64,000 nucleotides of DNA from an uncultured Chloroflexia bacterium (GTDB lineage Bacteria > Chloroflexota > Limnocylindria > Limnocylindrales > CSP1-4), in NCBI GenBank assembly GCA_963752475.1, contig CAVVYR010000006.1, forward strand, positions 160,001-224,000, read 5' to 3'. A program made the translations under genes and the position numbers. Below are positions 60,360-64,000 of the stretch, piece after piece; the first letter of the stretch is position 1; every line of letters begins with the position of its first letter. The notes beneath the pieces were generated by a model. It was not told the origin of the DNA. It did no database searches and was given only the letters and a program-made list of their open reading frames with translations.

Positions 60360-60389
60360 GGTCAGACGATACCGCCCCGAGACCGCGAC

Positions 60390-61724
60390 TCAGGCAGGGA
60401 GCTCGAGCACGGCCCCGAGGTCGCGCAGTCGGTCCTGCAGGATGGCGGTGTCGACCTCGCGCGGCTCGGCGTCGGACTCGACCGCGAGGGCCGCGGCCGA
60501 TCCCGCAGCCTGGCCCATCGACATCGTCTGGCCCATCGAGCGCACCGAGGCGTGGGCATCGTGCGTCGCGCTGAAGCAGCGGCCGGCGACGAGGGTGTTG
60601 CTGCTGTCTCGCACCACGAGCGTGCGGTAGGGGATGCCCACGACCTCGCCGTCGGGCAGGTACTGCCACTTGGTGTCGGCGCCCGGGTGGTGGTCCTCGA
60701 GGGGCGCGCCACAGAGGCCCACCTCGTCGTCGAAGCGACGAGCGCCCAGGACGTCGTCCCGTGTCAGGCGGTAGTCGCCGAAGACCCGGCGGGTCTCCCG
60801 CACGCCGATCTGCGACGAGAGCGCCACCAGGGAGGCCTCGGCATAGCCCGGGACCTTGTCGATGAGGAAACGGGCGTACTCCATGGCCTGGCGCCGACCG
60901 GCCATCTCCGCCTCGGCCAGCAGGACCGGATCGGTGGCGTTGATGACCTCGCCGTCCTGCTCCCGATACGACGGCAGCCGGGTCATGATCGTGGCGGTCA
61001 TGCCATCGATGGGCGTGATGTGATCCGAGCCCTCGCGTCGGGGCAGGTCGTAGTCGCCCGAGTCCGCGGCTTGGCCCATGAGCGCGTGCATCTCGGCGGT
61101 GGTGATGGCCTTGCGCGCGGGAACGTCGACGTTGACCATGCGGAAGGACGTGGTCAGCGTCTGGGCCGGATCCTGTGCTCCAGCCAGCTCGTAGCCGAAG
61201 CCGGCGTGGTGCGTGAGATCGGCATCGCCGCTGGCGTCGATGAAGACGCGGCCGCCTACGCGAGCGAGCCCGGCCTTGGTGGCCACCAGCAGCTCGTCGA
61301 CCCGCCCGTCGCTCACGCTCACGTCCTGCACGAACGAGTGCAGCAGCACGCGCACGCCTGCGTCGCTGACGAGTCGCTCCCAGACGAGCTTGAGGTGCTC
61401 GGCGTTGTAGGTCACGCCGGTGCCGGCGCCATAGGTGTTGGGTCGCTCGACCACGGGCCCCAGGGCACGCAGGCCGGCAACGACATCGTCAGGCACCCCG
61501 CCGGCGATCTTGAGCGAGCGGCTGCCGGGGGTGTAGAAGCCGTAGAACGTATCCAGCACGGCCGTGCTGGTGCCGCCGAGAAAGGCCTGCTTCTCGATGA
61601 GCACGACCGAGGCGCCGCCTCGAGCGGCGGCGATCGCGGCCGACGAACCGGCCGTACCCGAACCGACGACGACGACGTCGGCCTCGGCCAGCAGCGGGGG
61701 ATCGATGGTCACGCGCGCGCCCAT
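60390..61724 (-). CDS. FAD-dependent oxidoreductase (FAD_oxidored family)
   Basis: VVVGSGTAG, IDASGDAD, GVRETRR, IPYRTL, AGRCFS, MGQAAG. Confidence 0.87.
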   Translation of the reverse strand: MGARVTIDPPLLAEADVVVVGSGTAGSSAAIAAARGGASVVLIEKQAFLGGTSTAVLDTFYGFYTPGSRSLKIAGGVPDDVVAGLRALGPVVERPNTYGAGTGVTYNAEHLKLVWERLVSDAGVRVLLHSFVQDVSVSDGRVDELLVATKAGLARVGGRVFIDASGDADLTHHAGFGYELAGAQDPAQTLTTSFRMVNVDVPARKAITTAEMHALMGQAADSGDYDLPRREGSDHITPIDGMTATIMTRLPSYREQDGEVINATDPVLLAEAEMAGRRQAMEYARFLIDKVPGYAEASLVALSSQIGVRETRRVFGDYRLTRDDVLGARRFDDEVGLCGAPLEDHHPGADTKWQYLPDGEVVGIPYRTLVVRDSSNTLVAGRCFSATHDAHASVRSMGQTMSMGQAAGSAAALAVESDAEPREVDTAILQDRLRDLGAVLELPA

Positions 61725-62536
61725 CAGGCCTCGTCCCAGGACTCCGGCACCGCGATGGCGCCATCGCCGTCGTAGGCCAGCTGGACGCGCCGGAAGTACT
61801 CCTCGTAGACGTTCTCCAGCTGCCCCGCACCGACATCGTCACCCACGAAGTGCGGGCTGGTCAGCACGGTGGGCACGACCCCGCGCTCGACCATCAGCTC
61901 GGCGGTGCGGGTCTTGAGCGCGTTGACCACGGCGATGGCACCGATGGAGCTCACCGGCCCGACCTTGAAGGGCACGCCCTCGATCTCGGTGACGGCATCG
62001 CCGGGCGGGCTGCAGTTGTCGATGGTGACGTCGGCGATCTCGGCCAGCTTCCTGCCGGACGGATGACGCGAAGGCGTGGCCTCGGTGTGCTGCAGCGAGG
62101 TCACGGCCACGACCTGCAGACCCATGGCCTTGGCCAGCAGCGCGACCTCGACGACGGTGCCGTTGATGCCGGTGGAGCTGAAGATGAGGAAGCTGTCGCC
62201 GGGGTGGATCTTGAACTGCTGCAGGATGATGCGCGCGAAGCCCGGGACCTTCTCCAGGTACATCGCCTGGCGCAGGCCGTTGGGGCCGACGACTCCGACG
62301 TGGTTCGAGAGCGCCAGCTCGGCGATGGGGTGGAAGCCGGGGTAGGAACCGATGCGCGGGAACATCTCCTCGGTGTTCATGCGCGAGTGGCCCGAGCCGA
62401 AGACGTGGACCAGGCGGTCGGCCGCGATCGAGTCAGCGAACACGGTGCTGGCGGCGTCGATGGCCTCGGTCTGGGTCGTGGCGACTTGCTCGAGCACGTC
62501 TCGGGCGGATGCCAGCCAGCGGTCGGATGCGGTCAC
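61724..62536 (-). CDS. SIS-domain sugar-phosphate isomerase-like protein
   Basis: FGSGHS, SSTGIN, VAVTS, IDN..GDA. Confidence 0.85.
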   Translation of the reverse strand: MTASDRWLASARDVLEQVATTQTEAIDAASTVFADSIAADRLVHVFGSGHSRMNTEEMFPRIGSYPGFHPIAELALSNHVGVVGPNGLRQAMYLEKVPGFARIILQQFKIHPGDSFLIFSSTGINGTVVEVALLAKAMGLQVVAVTSLQHTEATPSRHPSGRKLAEIADVTIDNCSPPGDAVTEIEGVPFKVGPVSSIGAIAVVNALKTRTAELMVERGVVPTVLTSPHFVGDDVGAGQLENVYEEYFRRVQLAYDGDGAIAVPESWDEA

Positions 62537-63343
62537 TCAGTGCCTCCTGATGTTGGTGCTGCCGGGCTCGCGCGAGTACCGGCGCGTGGTGCTGTCAGAC
62601 GCCGTTCGCGAGCGGCGGTCGGTGGGTCTCTCCACCGTGCGCTTGTAGATGTAGCGGGATCGGTCACCGCGCAGCAGGACGTGGCCGAGCGCGACCACGA
62701 CTCCGTTGGCATCGGTCGTGATACGGCGCGTGAGCAGCGCCGTGGTGTGCTGCGGAACCTCCAGCAGTTCGCACTCTCGCGGCGTGAGGATGACCGGCTC
62801 GAGCGTCTCCTGGGCCTCGGCCACGGTGCGGCCGTAATCGGTCTCGAGCACGTCATAGAGCGAGCGCTGCTCGAAGTCGACCGTCTCGACCCCCGGGAAC
62901 AGGTCCGCGCGCAGGTGGGCCGTGTCGAGCACCATGGGCTCACCGTCACCGATGCGCAGGCGCTCGATGAAGACGACCTTCTCACCGGGCAGGCAGGCGA
63001 GGTCCGAAGCGAGCTGTCGGCCGGCCTCGAGGACCTCGACGCCCACGACCCGCGTCGACATCCGGATGCCGTAGGCCTCCATGGCGTCGCGGATGGAGAA
63101 GACGCCCACGATCGGCAGCTGGACCCGCGGCTTGGTCACGAAGGTGCCCCGGCCTCGATGTCGCGTGATCAGGCCCCGCTGCTCGAGCTCGTCGAGGGCC
63201 TGGCGCAGGGTAGCGCGGGAGACGCCGAAGTCGCCACATAGCTGCCGTTCTGCGGGCAACCGGTCGCCCTCCTCCCAGCCACCCGATGAGATGCGGTCTT
63301 CCATCTGGCTGGCGATGAGCGAATAGAGCGGTTCGTCCGGCAT
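62537..63343 (-). CDS. GntR/HutC (UTRA) family regulator, DasR/NagR-like
   Basis: LPAERQL..FGVSRATLRQAL..RGRGTFV, SLYDVL, RGDR. Confidence 0.9.
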   Translation of the reverse strand: MPDEPLYSLIASQMEDRISSGGWEEGDRLPAERQLCGDFGVSRATLRQALDELEQRGLITRHRGRGTFVTKPRVQLPIVGVFSIRDAMEAYGIRMSTRVVGVEVLEAGRQLASDLACLPGEKVVFIERLRIGDGEPMVLDTAHLRADLFPGVETVDFEQRSLYDVLETDYGRTVAEAQETLEPVILTPRECELLEVPQHTTALLTRRITTDANGVVVALGHVLLRGDRSRYIYKRTVERPTDRRSRTASDSTTRRYSREPGSTNIRRH

Positions 63344-63382
63344 TGCACCCTCCTTACGCTCGATCGTAGCATCGATTGGCAT

Positions 63383-63400
63383 GATTGGTCCATACCAATC
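63383..63400. promoter_or_regulatory. Palindrome GATTGGT-ccat-ACCAATC, candidate HutC/DasR-type operator
   Basis: 7-bp perfect arms with a TGGT-N4-ACCA core 40 bp upstream of the regulator. Confidence 0.7.
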
Positions 63401-63484
63401 CGCGCGTGGCACTCCGGCTATCATGCCTGCACGCTGCGGTGGCACGGGGCCAGGGTCGCGGAGACAAGAGGAAGAGCAGAGCAC

Positions 63485-64000
63485 GTGAGCACGACAGCAG
63501 CGACGACCGATCCCAACGAGGCACGCCGGCGACGGACGGAGGGTCTGGACGCGGACCTGGCCTCGCGCATCCTGGTCAAGGACGGCGCCACGGGCACGCT
63601 CCTGCAGTCCTTCCAGCTGACCGAGGCCGACTTCCGCGGCGAGCGTTTCGCTGATCATCCGCGTGACCTGCGCGGGGGCAACGATGTGCTCTGCCTGACG
63701 CAGCCGGACGTCGTGCGCCAGATGCATCGCACGTACCTCGAGGCCGGCGCTGACATCATCAGCACCAACAGCTTCACGGCCAACCGACCGTCGATGGCGG
63801 ACTACGGGCTGGAGTCGTACACCGCCGAGATCGACCGTGAGTCGGCCCGCCTCGCTCGTGAGATGTGCGACGCGGCCGAAGCCGCCGACGGCGTCACGCG
63901 CTACGTGCTGGGCTCACTCGGCCCGACCACCGTGACCACCTCGATCTCGCCCGACGTCAACGACCCCGGTGCACGCAGGATCGGTTTCCGTCAGCTGGCC
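63485..64000 (+). CDS. metH: Cobalamin-dependent methionine synthase, 5' part (runs off window)
   Basis: Manual translation: RILVKDGATGT..LTEADFRGERF..GNDVLCLTQPD..YLEAGADIISTNSF..GSLGPT..SISPDVNDPG. Confidence 0.88.
   Translation, partial: MSTTAATTDPNEARRRRTEGLDADLASRILVKDGATGTLLQSFQLTEADFRGERFADHPRDLRGGNDVLCLTQPDVVRQMHRTYLEAGADIISTNSFTANRPSMADYGLESYTAEIDRESARLAREMCDAAEAADGVTRYVLGSLGPTTVTTSISPDVNDPGARRIGFRQLA

Noticed and set aside
10210-61775. Long antisense or alternate-frame ORFs (e.g. 10210-11901, 24518-26680, 44409-46199, 59268-61775)
   Set aside because: Shadow ORFs typical of high-GC DNA, overlapping well-supported genes and lacking motifs.
63415-63485. SAH or SAM riboswitch upstream of metH
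   Set aside because: CGCTGC..GCCAGG resembles part of the SAH motif, but I could not build the closing stem; needs an Infernal scan.

Overview
High-GC (about 70%) bacterial window; gene content (F420 enzymes, GT87, Hox hydrogenase, many URO-D-family genes) is compatible with Chloroflexota or Actinomycetota, but I cannot determine taxonomy from the sequence alone. From left to right: (1) an XRE-HTH + PD-(D/E)XK nuclease gene enclosed by ~315-bp inverted repeats; (2) a sulfotransferase plus three paralogous secreted FG-GAP/beta-propeller proteins; (3) mdh, mmsA and a dispersed reductive pyrimidine catabolism set (hydA, F420 LLM oxidoreductase, beta-ureidopropionase-like nitrilase) interleaved with envelope genes; (4) a FadR-associated sugar ABC / De Ley-Doudoroff-like cluster; (5) hoxEFUYHW; (6) a repeat locus carrying an IS110-superfamily (IS1111-like) element; (7) a GntR-SIS-FAD oxidoreductase-ROK-PTE-URO-D operon; (8) the 5' end of metH. 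Most interesting: the inverted repeats around the nuclease gene and the repeats at 49.7-51.65 kb are one ~265-bp family (about 60% identical with no gaps by manual alignment). The IS110 element has inserted into a conserved box of that family, and its 3' region carries readable candidate bridge/seek-RNA guides for both target and donor. Several single-base frameshifts suggest the assembly may contain indel errors.
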